This document shows, one piece after another, positions 1-11,279 of a stretch of DNA of 64,000 nucleotides (positions are counted from its first letter, which is position 1; each line of letters begins with the position of its first letter). The position numbers and the translations under genes were made by a program. The notes under the pieces are model-generated. The model saw only the letters and a program-made list of their open reading frames with translations, ran no database searches and was not told the origin of the DNA. Location of the stretch: contig NC_042997.1 in assembly GCF_006345805.1 (NCBI RefSeq), positions 145,204,001 through 145,268,000 of the forward strand, given 5' to 3'. The DNA comes from Octopus sinensis (lineage: Eukaryota).

Positions 1-195
1 ACAAGGCCTGAAATTTTGGGGGAGGGACCAGTCAATTATTCGACCCCAGTATGCAATTGGTACTTAATTTATTGACCTTGAAAGGATGAAAGGCAAAGTC
101 TACCTTGGTGGAATTTGAACTCAGAACGTAAAGACAGACGAAATACCGCTAAGCATTTCGCCCAGTGTACTACAGTTCCTGCCAGCTCCCTGCCA
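1..195 (-). mobile_element. SINE family A (tRNA-like head; gcctttcatcctttc...gtcgata...agtaccag core)
   Basis: Reverse complement of the family A consensus seen about 11 times in the window; contains a B-box-like gagttcaaattcc. Confidence 0.8.
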
Positions 196-714
196 TTCTA
201 ATAAATATATATTGGCAATAGATGTGGTATTAACAAACATGCATGCACACTGCACCAAAAGCCTACGTGAGAGTTTTTCTCATGATAAATACCTCAGTAA
301 AGTTTGTTTTAGCAGAACATCCATGTTTAAGTGGGAATAAATATTACCTCTCAAGCTAATATATATTTTTTTAGTGATTTTTCATATGTTGTTTTTTGAG
401 TTGAGTCACATGTCTTGGAACTAATTATCGACATAATTTGAGGTTTAATTTAAAAAAATATAACCATCAAATCATCATCATTGTCATAATTTTTGCATTT
501 GCTTGTCTATGGTGGCTTGGGTTGGACAGGTTGTCCCCAATAAATCTGAATGAAGCAGTTTTAATTGAGTCAGTACCTTCCTAGATGGATCAGAGACAAT
601 GTCTCATTTATACACCAAATGAGTTTCTCTTTAAATTACAAGCTATGAACTGGTACAATGTTTAAAAACAAAGAACATCGTACCAGTTTGTGGAGTTGAT
701 ATTGGCAACAAGCT

Positions 715-933
715 AAGGTGTTGAGCTGGCAGAATTGTTAGCACACTGGAAAAAAATGCTTAGCAGTATTTCATCCATGCACACATTCTGAGTGCAAATT
801 CCATTAAGGCTGACTTTGCCTTTCATCCTTTCAGAGTTGATAAATTAAATACCAGTGAAATACCGAGGTTGATGTAATTGACTAGTCCCTTCCCACAAAA
901 TTTCAGGCCTTGCATCTTTAGTAGAAAGGATAT
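715..933 (+). mobile_element. SINE family A
   Basis: gagctggcagaattgttagc...gactttgcctttcatcctttc...gataaattaaataccag. Confidence 0.75.
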
Positions 934-1019
934 TGGCAACAGGGACTTTCAATAACCAAACTTCCATCCTTGTTCATCACACTATGCTTACCTTCAGCCT
1001 CATTTTTAATCATCTGCCA

Positions 1020-1344
1020 TTTTCCTTTTATAATGATAAACGTCGCCCTTTTCAACCTAGCCAGGCTCATGGGCCTGGTTTTCCAGTTTCTGTGGCATGT
1101 GTGTTCCCCCCAGCTGGACAGGACGCCAGTCAATCACAGCATTACTCAAGAAACAGGAAGAGAGAGTGAGAGAAAGCTATGGCAAAAGAGTACAACAGGG
1201 GTCGCCCCTACCCTCTGCCAGAGCCTCGTGGAGCTTTTAGGTGTTTTCGCTCAATAAACACACACAACACCCGGTCTGGGAATTGAAACCGCAATCCTCC
1301 AATCATGAGTCCGCTGCCCTAACCACTGGGCCATTGCACCTCCA
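1020..1344 (-). mobile_element. SINE family B variant (tRNA-like head ggcccagtggttaggg...gtttcaattccc)
   Basis: Reverse complement is homologous to the copy at 26398-26675. Confidence 0.75.
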
Positions 1345-2166
1345 TTCTCCTTTTATTCTATAAAAAAATTAGTTGCCTTTTCGTTCCCCTGCAATCCCTT
1401 ACAGTCATTGTCTTATACCTTGAGAGTACACCCTAGTACCCTGTCATCTCCAACATCTTTATCTTCCTTGCAGCTACTCTCCCCCACCCTCATTTAATGC
1501 AGGGTAGCCATGTATCACCTCCATAACAAGACATCTATGTTTGCCCTTCTGTCATACTTTACCTTCGACACCAGGCTTAAAGCCACCTTACCCTCAATTA
1601 AGGGATTTGTTTCCTTTGTCTTGCTAGTTACTTGGTGACCTTACTAGCGTCAGTGTCATGAGAAAAAGAACCCAGTGCAGAGTGTAAACTGGTTGGCATT
1701 AGGAAGGAAATCCAGTCATAGAAACCATATCAAAGCTGACAATGGATCTTGATGCAGTCCTACGACCCATTGGATCCTCTCAAAAGCACCATTCATATGA
1801 AAGCATGGAAAACAGATATTAAAAGCTGATAATGATAATGATAATAATGATTGTGACATGAGGTGTGGCTATTATATCTAATTTGCATATTAAAACATTT
1901 TTAGACATTCACCAAAAAAATAAATAAAAAATAAAAATGTCCAAGTGTCAGAAGTTGCCTCTTTCTGGCTATCTTCTAATTATTCTTTTTTTCATTAGCT
2001 TTTGTGATTTCTTGAAATTCTCTTAAATCTTCCTTTGTTGTTGGAGAAAGATTTAATTGTATTGATATCTTTCAGATCTGTATTGATCAACAAATTGTCT
2101 GATTTGAGAAAGTACTCTCAGATTTGGTGTATTAATCACATGCATTTAAGATTCTGGTTAGAGATA

Positions 2167-2330
2167 GGTGTAGGTGTGGTTGTTTGGTTAAGTAGTTTGC
2201 CTCCCAACCACATGGTTTCAGGTTCAGTCCTACTGTGTGACACCTTGGGTAAGTATCTTCTATTATAGCCCTGAGCCAATCAAAGCTTCAAGTTGATTTT
2301 ACAGACAGAAACTGAAAGAAGTCTGTCATG
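2167..2330 (+). mobile_element. SINE family C (gtggctgtgtggtaagaag..cttcccaaccacatggttc..ggttcagtccc)
   Basis: Homologous to copies at about 29812, 37945, 41780, 54380 and 60363. Confidence 0.7.
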
Positions 2331-2694
2331 TGTCTGTGTCTGTCTTGACATCAAAGGATTTTAGTAAAAGAGAATCATACATTCCCAATGTTCTGCAAAA
2401 TTATGTCTGGCCAAGGGGAAATATTACCGTGCTAGGAAACAAGTAAGGATTAGTGACATGAAGAGTTTCTGGTCATAGAAAATTTGCCTCATTAATCTCT
2501 GTCCAACTGATGAAAACATGGAAAAGTGGACATCAAAATTGTGACAATGATATTTGTAGCAAATTGTTTTATTGAAATTTATGTAGATACAAAGCATGCA
2601 CTGAAGGTGAACTTACAATTTATCATGGTAGCTCAGCTCCAGGTCAGTTCTGATCTAGCAGGTGTATGATGTAAGACTATTCAAGCTATGACCA

Positions 2695-2922
2695 TCTCAG
2701 TGACCACAATGTCCAATTTTTCGTCATCATCATCATCATTTAATGTCTGTTTTCCATGCTAGCATGGGTTGGACAGTTCGACTGGGGTCTGGGAAGCCTG
2801 GTGCAGCCTCCTGGCTTCCCAGACCCCGGTTGAACCGTGCAACCCATGCTAGCATGGAAAACGGACATTAAACGATGATGATGATGATGATGACAAAAAA
2901 TTGGACATTGTGGTCACTGAGA
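2695..2922. repeat. ~228-bp fold-back palindrome: two head-to-head RTE 3' ends plus inverted flank
   Basis: tctcagtgaccacaatgtccaattttt...gggaagcc [short loop] ggcttccc...aaaaaattggacattgtggtcactgaga; the arms are reverse complements with few mismatches. Confidence 0.9.
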
Positions 2923-3122
2923 AAGTATGCTTTGAGAAAGATTTGACTGCTATTTCAGCAAAGCAAGTGACCACATCAAAATCCACCTACAAGCTTGATT
3001 TCTTGCAGTTTATAGCTGCATTTCACTGTCATAAGTACAATTTTCAAAATTTCTCCATTTCATCTAACAACTTATTGATTTCAACAAAACCTTATTCATC
3101 TGGAGTCAAATGTTTTTGAGTG

Positions 3123-6100
3123 TCATCATCATCATCATCATCATCATTTAGCGTCCGTTTTCCATGCTAGCATGGGTTGGACGGTTCTACTGGGGTCTGT
3201 GAAGCCAGAAGGCTTCATCAGGCCCAGTCAAATCTGGCAGTGTTTCTACGGCTGGATGCCCTTCCTAACGCCAACCACTCCGTGAGTGTAGTGGGTGCTT
3301 TTTACGTGCCACCCGCACTGGTGCCAGACAGAGCTGGCAAACGGCCACGAACGGATGGTGCTTTTTATGTGCCACCGGCACGAGGGCCAGGCGAGGCTGG
3401 CAACGGACACGAAACGGGCGGTGCTGGCAACGGTCGCGAAACGGAAAGTTCTCTTACATGCCACCGGCACTGGTAACACATCAGCAATTTCCATTGATCG
3501 ATTTCCATTGATCGATTTCGATTCTGATCCTCACTTGCCTCAATGGGTCTTCACAAGCAGAGTTTCGATATGCCACCGGCACTGGTAGCACATCCGCAAT
3601 TTCCATTGATCGATTTCGATTCTGATCCTCACTTGCCTCAACACGTCTTCACAAGTAGAGTTTTGTGTCCCAAGAAGGGAAGGTATGCATACGTAGGCTG
3701 GCTCCATACCATGTAGAAGGCCACGGGTTGTGGACTCACTTGTCCTGCCGGGTCTTCTCGCGCACAGCACACTTCCAGAGGTCTCGGTCTCTAGTCATTT
3801 CCTCAGTGAGACCTAAAGTTCGAAGGTCGTGCTTCACCACCTCGTCCCAGGTTTTCCTGGGTCTGCCTCTTCCACAGGTTCCCTCAACCGCTAGGGTGTG
3901 GCACTTTTTCACACAACTATCTTCATCCATTCTCGCCACATGACCATACCAGCGCAAACGTCTCTCTTGCACACCACAACTGATGCTTCTTAGGTCCAGC
4001 TTTTCTCTCAAGGTACTTACACTCTGCCGAGTGTGAGTACCGGCATTACACATCCATCGGAGCATACTGGCTTCATTTCTAGCGAGCTTACGCATATCCT
4101 CAGCAGTCACGGCCCATGTTTCACTGCCATGTAGCATGGCTGTTCGTACACACACACATCATACAGTCTGCCTTTCACTCTGTGCGAGAGGCCTTTTGTC
4201 ACCAGCAGAGGTAAGAGCTCTCTGAACTTTGCCCAAGCTATTCTTACTCTAGCAGTTACACTTTCAGCACACCTACCCCCGCTGCTGACTTGGTCACCTA
4301 GGTAACGGAAACTATCAACTATTTCTAGTTTTTCTCCCTGGAAAGTGACGGAAGTTGGTCTCAGAGCATTTTCAGTGTTTATGTTCCTGAGCATCTGCCA
4401 CATACAAAAACCATCTTCCTAGTTAGCCTTCCTTTGACATTGCTGCATCTCTTATGTGTCCATAGCTTACACTTGGTGCATCTTATAGAGTTTCTACCTA
4501 CACCTTTTCTACAGATCGAGCAGGGCCATCTACCTGAAGGTGTTTGTGATTTGTCTACCTTCCTACTGATTACGACTTTGGTTTTAGCTAGATTGACTCT
4601 GAGGCCCTTCGATTCTAATCCTTGTTTCCACACCTGAAACTTCTCCTCCAGTTCTGATAGCGACTCAGCAATTAGAGCAAGGTCATCAGCATAGAGGAGC
4701 TCCCAGGGCATCCTGTCTTGAATTCCTCCGTTATTGCCTGGAGGACTATGATAAATAGGAGGGGGCTGAGTACTGAGCCTTGGTGGACCCCTACCTCTAC
4801 CCGGAATTCTTCACTGTATCATTTCCAACCCTCACCCTACTAGCGGCGTCCCTATACATGGCCCGCACAGCTCTCACTAACCATTCATCTATCCCTAGTT
4901 TTCTCATTGCCCACCAGATAAGGGATCGGGGGACCCTGTCGAAGGCTTTCTCCATGTCAACAAAAGCCAGGTACAGGGGCTTATCTTTGGCTAGGTATTT
5001 CTCCTGCAGCTGCCTTACCAGGAATATAGCATCAGTAGTACTTTTCCCTGGCACAAACCCAAACTGCATCTCATCTAAACTAACTCTCTCTCTAATTAGT
5101 TGGGCTATGACCCTCTCCGTAACCTTCATCACCTGGTCCAACAGCTTGATACCTCTGTAGTTATTTGTATCTAGGGCATCACCTTTACCTTTGTAGCAGT
5201 TGACTATTATACTGCTACACCAGTCATTGGTATGACCCCTTTGTGTATCACCTGATTAACTATATGGGTGACTAGGCTATAGCCGACACTACCAGACATT
5301 TTGAGCATCTCTGCAGTGATTCCTGATGGGCCTGGGGCTTTCCCTGTCTTCATGCTTCTAATTGCCTTAGCTACCACAGAACTATCAACTCGGATAGCTG
5401 GTCCCTCTGTTGGGTCAACATTCGGCAGACTCTCTTTATCCCATTCATTTTCTTCATTCAGCAACCTTTCATAGTGGCATCTCCAACCTCTCTCTTCGCA
5501 TCCTCATTTAGCGCAAGTGAACCATCTTCCATGCGAACACACTTCTCTCCTACCACATCACGATTCTCTCTCAAACACTGTCTTGCAACACGAAACACCT
5601 CGTCTTTGGTCCTCACGGCGCAGAACATTGGCAAATTTTTTCTTATCTGCTTCCCCTCTGGCTAAATAAACCTGTCTCCTAGCTTCTCTTTTGGCAGTCT
5701 GATACAATTCCCTGCTACCCCCATTTTTCCAGACCTTCCAAGCCTGTCTCTTTTCTCTAATAGCCCTGTCTACAATATTGTTCCACCACCACGTTATTCT
5801 AGGTCGAGAGGGGACTTTGCACCAGCCACAGATCTGGTCAGTGGCTCTCAGCAGGTTGTCCCTTAGAAACGTCCAGCTGTCTTCTACCCCCTGTGATGCT
5901 CTATCCCCTTCTACTTCGTCAGAGGCTTCAAGTAATATGTCCCTAAATCTCTGTCCATTGCAGGATCTTTAAGCTTCCAGATCCTTCTTCTCCATATTTG
6001 TCGTCTTCTGGTTGTCCTCCTAGTCCTGATCCTAAAGTCACTAACTACCAGTCTATGTTGTGGGGTACATTCTTCACCTGGGAAGGTTTTGGCATTTATA

Positions 6101-7100
6101 AGCAGCCATCTCTCCCTTTGCCTTGTAAGGATGTAGTCAATTTGGCTGGTATGTTGGCCCGATTGGAAAGTGACTAGGTGGCTGGTAGGTTTCCTGAAGT
6201 TAGTGTTGCAAATCATAAGATTATTTGCATCGCAGAACTCCAGCAGCCTGGTTCCCTCCTCGTTGCGGGAGCCATAGCCATAGCCTCCATGTACGCCATG
6301 GAAGCCCCCAGCATGTCGTCCAACGTGACCATTGAAGTCACCAGCCACAAAGATAAGGTCTCTGTCGTTCGTCAATGAGGTAGTCTGCAGTAGAGTGTCA
6401 TAGAATCGGTCTTTCTGTCCATCGGTAGCCCCGACTGAGGAGCATAGGCTGATATAATGGTTGCTAAACTATGATGAAGCACTAATCTAATCTTAAGTAT
6501 TCTGTCACTTACTCTGATTACCTCAATTACTTTATCTACCCATTTCTCAGCGATAAGTATACCCACGCCACCAACCCCGTCAGTGTTCCTGCCCAGAAAA
6601 TCTTGTACCTGCGTTCCTTGCCTGTGAGGAACCTAGCTGATCCTCCTCTCCACCTATTTCTTGCATGCAACAATATCCACACATCTCCGTTCAAGCATCT
6701 CGACTATCTCACCAGACCTACCTTTCAGAGTGCCAACGTTGAGGGTGCCAACCCTGAGGGTGTGGAAGGCATGGGCTCTAGAGACCCTGGGACGGTGGAC
6801 AGTAGCTTCGTGTACCTGAAAAGAAAGCTCGCATTGGCAGAATTCATGTGCAAGAAATGAAGTAGTAAAGTAGCCTTCAGTACAACCTGCATAACGCTAG
6901 CCTTTCATATTTTGCACTGTATGAACATTACCTTACATAGGTCGAGACTAGGGGTAGGGAGGGGTATGGATGGTGAGAGCATTTGCAGTCTTCATGGGAA
7001 GCAACCCCGGAATGGAAGAGATAGGAACTTCCGGCATGCGTGGTGGGGGTGGGAGGGCGGGTGCACCGTAACTGAGTAAAGAGGTTCTGTTAATCGTGAG
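3123..7100 (-). mobile_element. Near full-length RTE-clade LINE (APE endonuclease + reverse transcriptase, (GAT)n tail)
   Basis: Fragmented ORF2 at 3736-6815. EN motifs LRVGTLNVGTL, AGDFNGHVG and SQIDYIL; RT motifs KAPGPSGITAEMLK, QFGFVPGKSTTDAIF, FVDMEKAFDRV, LYADD and FRYLG; C-terminal RRLRWYGHVARM..GRPRKTW. The 3' UTR ends in a (GAT)n tail at 3123-3147. The 5' boundary is approximate and no clear TSD is seen. Confidence 0.93.
3736..6815 (-). pseudogene. RTE ORF2 (EN-RT) broken by about 12 frameshifts as assembled
   Basis: Track ORFs 6372-6566, 5911-6375, 5207-5464, 4797-5141, 4379-4711, 4107-4403 and 3736-4155 tile one protein across small indels. Confidence 0.85.
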
Positions 7101-7227
7101 CTAGCAAATGGGTTTGTTCCTTGAAAACTCATGTTCATAGATCATGTTGAGAAGCATCAGATTGCAAACCTCTTTTATGCTTTTGGTCAAAATACTGTAG
7201 CAGTGGCGCTTCAGTCAGTGCCATTCA

Positions 7228-7714
7228 TCCTTTTAGCATTCAGATTACTCTGTCGAATGTTATGTTTAATTATTCCCATTGTTTTGTATAAACTATATAG
7301 CTTTGGTGGAGGCACGTGGCTTAATGGTTAGGATGTCAGCACCATAAGCGTAAGACTGTGGTTTCAATTCCTGGACCGGGCGACGCATTGTGTTCTTGAG
7401 CAAAACACTTCATTTCACGTTGCTCCAGTCCACTCAGCTGGCAAAAATGAGTAACGCTGCGATGGACTGGCATCCCATCCAGCTAGGGAACACATACGCC
7501 ATAGAAACCGGGAAACCGGGCCCATCAGCCTGGCTAGGCTTTAAAAGGGCGCATTTATTGTTTATTTATGTAGCCTTGAGATTTTGATGATGTGATTGTT
7601 TAGTTTTAGAATAGCTTCCAAGGATAAGTGCGAGAGGCCAGATCTGTCCAGTTTGAAGATAAAACAGGTACAATATTTGGGTTGGATATGACCAGTATAA
7701 ATACTAAAGAGTTA
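7228..7714. mobile_element. TTAA-type (piggyBac-like) MITE interrupted by a family B SINE (7306-7556)
   Basis: cttttagcattcagattactctgtc...atactaaagag|ttaa; same element as 62159-62367 and 54977-55575. Confidence 0.7.
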
Positions 7715-8196
7715 ATGCCGTTCTCTTTCTGAGACCATTCCATAGTGAAATTCATTCTTGCCATTGTCTTTAAGAAATTAACTCTGAAAGATTTGATGCA
7801 AACATTTGGACTAAATTGACAAACAGTTTGCTTGTCTGTTAGGCATGTAAAGGCAGAATGATTACTGCTAAAATTCTTTTATTCAGCCATTTGTCTCCTT
7901 GATCAGAGCAGACCTGGAGGTGAAATCAACAAAAGTATCCAGTATAGCTTTGATACATGGATATTCTAACATCTGGTCAACCAGTTGCTAGTTGTCTGCA
8001 GATTGACTGATTCTAAAATATGCCATATATAGTAAGTATTATTTTCCGTAGTCTGTTTGTTGTTGTTATTGTTACAGCTGTTTCAATGGCTCTTTGTTTA
8101 ATATATTTGTTTTCACCTATTTGTACTAATCTGAGTCTCTTTTGATAAGTACTCCTATTGTTCTATGTTATTGTTATACCATAATTCTTATAGCAA

Positions 8197-8520
8197 AGGC
8201 AGTGGCTTAGTGGTTAGGGTATCCGGTTCACAATCATGAGATTGTGAGTTCAATTCCTGGTGGCGCATTGTGTCCCTGAGCAAGACGCTTTATTTCACTT
8301 TGCTCCAGTCCACTCAGCCAGCAAAAATGAGTAGTACCTGTATTTCAAAGGACCAGCTTTATCACATTCTGTGGCATACTGAATCTCCCTGAGAACTATG
8401 TTAAAGGTACACATGGAGAGTGGAGTGCTTGACCACTGGCATGTAAATTTCACAAGCAGGCTGTTCCATTGATCACATCAACTGGAACTATTGCCATCAT
8501 AACTAACAGATTGCCAGTTA
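8197..8520 (+). mobile_element. SINE family B
   Basis: gtggcttagtggttagggt...gagttcaattcctgg...gctccagtccactcagc; homologous to 26937-27198 and 45694-45950. Confidence 0.75.
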
Positions 8521-8595
8521 TAATTCTTATATGCAATAGAAATAGAAATGTGATAATACTTATAATTTTCATTAGAAGTTGGTCCTTGTTCCATA

Positions 8596-8819
8596 CTTTT
8601 CATTACTAACCCGGCTGAAACCGGCTCTGGCTCTGTAGTACAAATGTCTTGTTTTCATAAGTTTTGAATTAAAATCTTCCACCAAACCTTAGTCGCAATT
8701 TATGTTCCTAATACTAGTTGAATGATAACTAAGTTATTTTACTAAATTCTTTGTTATATTTAAAGTAATTGAAAGAAACACTGAGCATCTCAAAATAAAC
8801 ACAGTAACGAAAGGGTTAA
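8596..8819. mobile_element. piggyBac-like MITE, second family (ends aaaggg-TTAA)
   Basis: Near-identical to 33331-33554, whose left end is TTAA-ccctt; the right end here is gaaaggg-ttaa. Confidence 0.75.
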
Positions 8820-9161
8820 ATATGTCATCTTTTCAAGCTGATATACCTATAAGTTAATATCGAAGGATTATTTTATTCATCAATATCACACTTCTGACTC
8901 CAAGTAAAGTATTTAGACAATAACAGCAACGTCTCAAGTAAGAACTTAAAAATCAAGGACCAATGCATTCTTTCCAATAGCATATATTTATGCTATGGCT
9001 TACCACTGTCAATTTCGTATGTCGATTTGCATATTATTGTGTTGTGTTTGACTTCTCATTTAGCTTTACATTCCAGCCAAAACTATTCTTTCTTCCTTTC
9101 TTTGGTATCTTTTATCTTTTACTTATTTCAATCATTAGACTATGACCATGCTGTGGCATTG

Positions 9162-9359
9162 CCCTCAGAAATTCAAGGTTTGTAGCACAGGCTCTCAGAA
9201 ATTCCAGGTTTGTAGCACAAGCTCTCAGAAATTCCAGGTTGATAGCACAGGCTCTCAGAAATTCCAGGTTTGTAGCACAAGACCTCAGAAATTCCAGGTT
9301 GAAAGCATAGGCCCTCAGAAATTACAGGTTTGTAACACAGACCTTCAGAAATTCCAGGT
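9162..9359. repeat. 30-bp minisatellite, about 6.5 units (ctcagaaattccaggtttgtagcacaggct)
   Basis: Units recur with exact 30-bp periodicity. Confidence 0.92.
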
Positions 9360-10335
9360 GTTTGGCATGCTGGAAGAGCACTTGAAGTGAGGCACCCATT
9401 AGCTTTTGTTAAAGCATGTCTCTAGAACCCACTTCAAACCTAGGTTACATCTGCTCCAGTGACTTGATCAGTGAATCCTCTGCATTGGTCAGCAGTCAAC
9501 AGAAAGATGAGCCCTTTATGGATCACACTATCCCAAAGTGTGTATGCATGTAACCGGGCACCACATGCAAATTTGTACTCCCACTGAAACTCCAAACTTG
9601 AACTTTACATCTCAACAGCAAATGATGATTATAGCTATGGTATCCACATTATCTGATGCAATTACAGCCTCAACTGCGGCTGTCCATCAGATGTGGTCAG
9701 TATTCATGAGGGACATAGTGAATTCTTTATTAGGAGCCAGCTCAACCCATCCTGAGTGAATGCCACCTCAAGTAAAGTTGTACCACCTTGAAGGGTTTAG
9801 TAAAACAAATCAAGCCCAGTATTTCTTTTTTTTTTAAAGCTGGGTACTTATTCTATCAGTCTGTTTTGATGAACTGCTAAGTAGAGTTCATCAAAAGGTA
9901 AGGAATGTAGAGATGTAACAAACCAACATTTTTCTAAATTAAATTCTGTATGGTTTACTTATTTTAAGATGGAGTGGATTTAAGACTAAAAGGAACTCTA
10001 TTTCTAGCAGACTGAGTGACTGTGTTAAGATTCTTGATGGCCTAAATTCTGTCTCTCCACAACAAATCACAAACTAAAAATTCTAAAAAAAACCCCACAA
10101 AATAGCCCACAGCTCACCAACACAAGGGCACAAAATACTTAACATGGAGGTTCACCTGGACATGGATGATGCACTGTTTAGTGTTGCAGTCAGCTTAAAT
10201 TGACAGAGTCTCATTAAGAGCCAGCCATCACTTGGTAACATGTACCATGCTTTTGTTAATTGTTTCAGGTGCCTGTGTAGTTGTGAGCAGACAGAAACAC
10301 GCTTTCAACTCTCATCCTTCGACTGAGTGGCATGT

Positions 10336-10500
10336 GTGGAGGGACATGGCTTAGTGGTTAGGGTGCTGGACTCATGATTGTAAGATTGTGGTTTTGATTC
10401 CTGGACCAGGTAATGTATTGTGTTCTTGAGCAAGACACTTCATTTCACATTGCTCCAGTCCACTCACCTGGCAAAAATGAGTAATCCTGCAATGGAGTGG
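10336..10500 (+). mobile_element. SINE family B
   Basis: ggagggacatggcttagtggttagggtgctggactcatg...gctccagtccactcac. Confidence 0.75.
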
Positions 10501-11242
10501 CAAAATGTCCAGGTGGAAGTCACTCAGGCAGGATCTTTAAGTGGTGTGTCTAGGATATGACAGCTAGATGAGAAAGAGAGTTGCACCAGTGCTGGGTTGG
10601 TAATCCTTTTCAACTGAATAGATCATAGCTATGTGAAATAAATTGCTTTGTTCAAGAACACAATGCAGTGCTTAATCCAGAAACTAAACGCATGAAACTG
10701 ATTGTGAGCTGAACATCCCTAACCACCGGGATATGTGCCTTGACTCTACAGCCCCATTGTAATTTCAATTGCCTTAAAACACTCAGACATGCTTACAACA
10801 CTCCTAAATACCACCCTAAAACCCCTATCTCTTCTACTTAATTGTATACTTGGATGTCCTAGGAGAGAAAACGGTGGTCCTGACCTCTCATTATGACCCT
10901 CTTCTTTCCATTTCCAGCTAGGGTAGCCATATACCTCCTCTACAGTAAGACACTTGTTCTCGCTCCTTATCCTTTTCTACTCTAGGCACAAGGCCTGAAA
11001 TTTCAAGGGAGTGGGGCAGTCGATAGATCAACTCCTGTATGCAATTGGTACTTAATTTATCAACTCCGAAAGAATGAAAGGCAAAGTCAACCTTGGTGGA
11101 ATTTCAACACAGAATGTAAAGACAGACAAAAGTATGATCTCAAGCTCAAATTCACAGCCTCCACATCAGCCTGTATTTGGTGGTGAGAACATGCCAAGGC
11201 CCTCGTCCTGCTTTGGACTGAATATGGGCAAGCCAATCCAAC

Positions 11243-11279
<37 letters not shown>

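Noticed and set aside
7306-7380. tRNA gene
   Set aside because: A/B-box-like head continues into a SINE body that is repeated many times; no complete cloverleaf.
9142-9390. 82-aa ORF with SQKFQVCSTG repeats
   Set aside because: Product of a 30-bp minisatellite; the ORF starts inside a SINE-like repeat and has no splice context.
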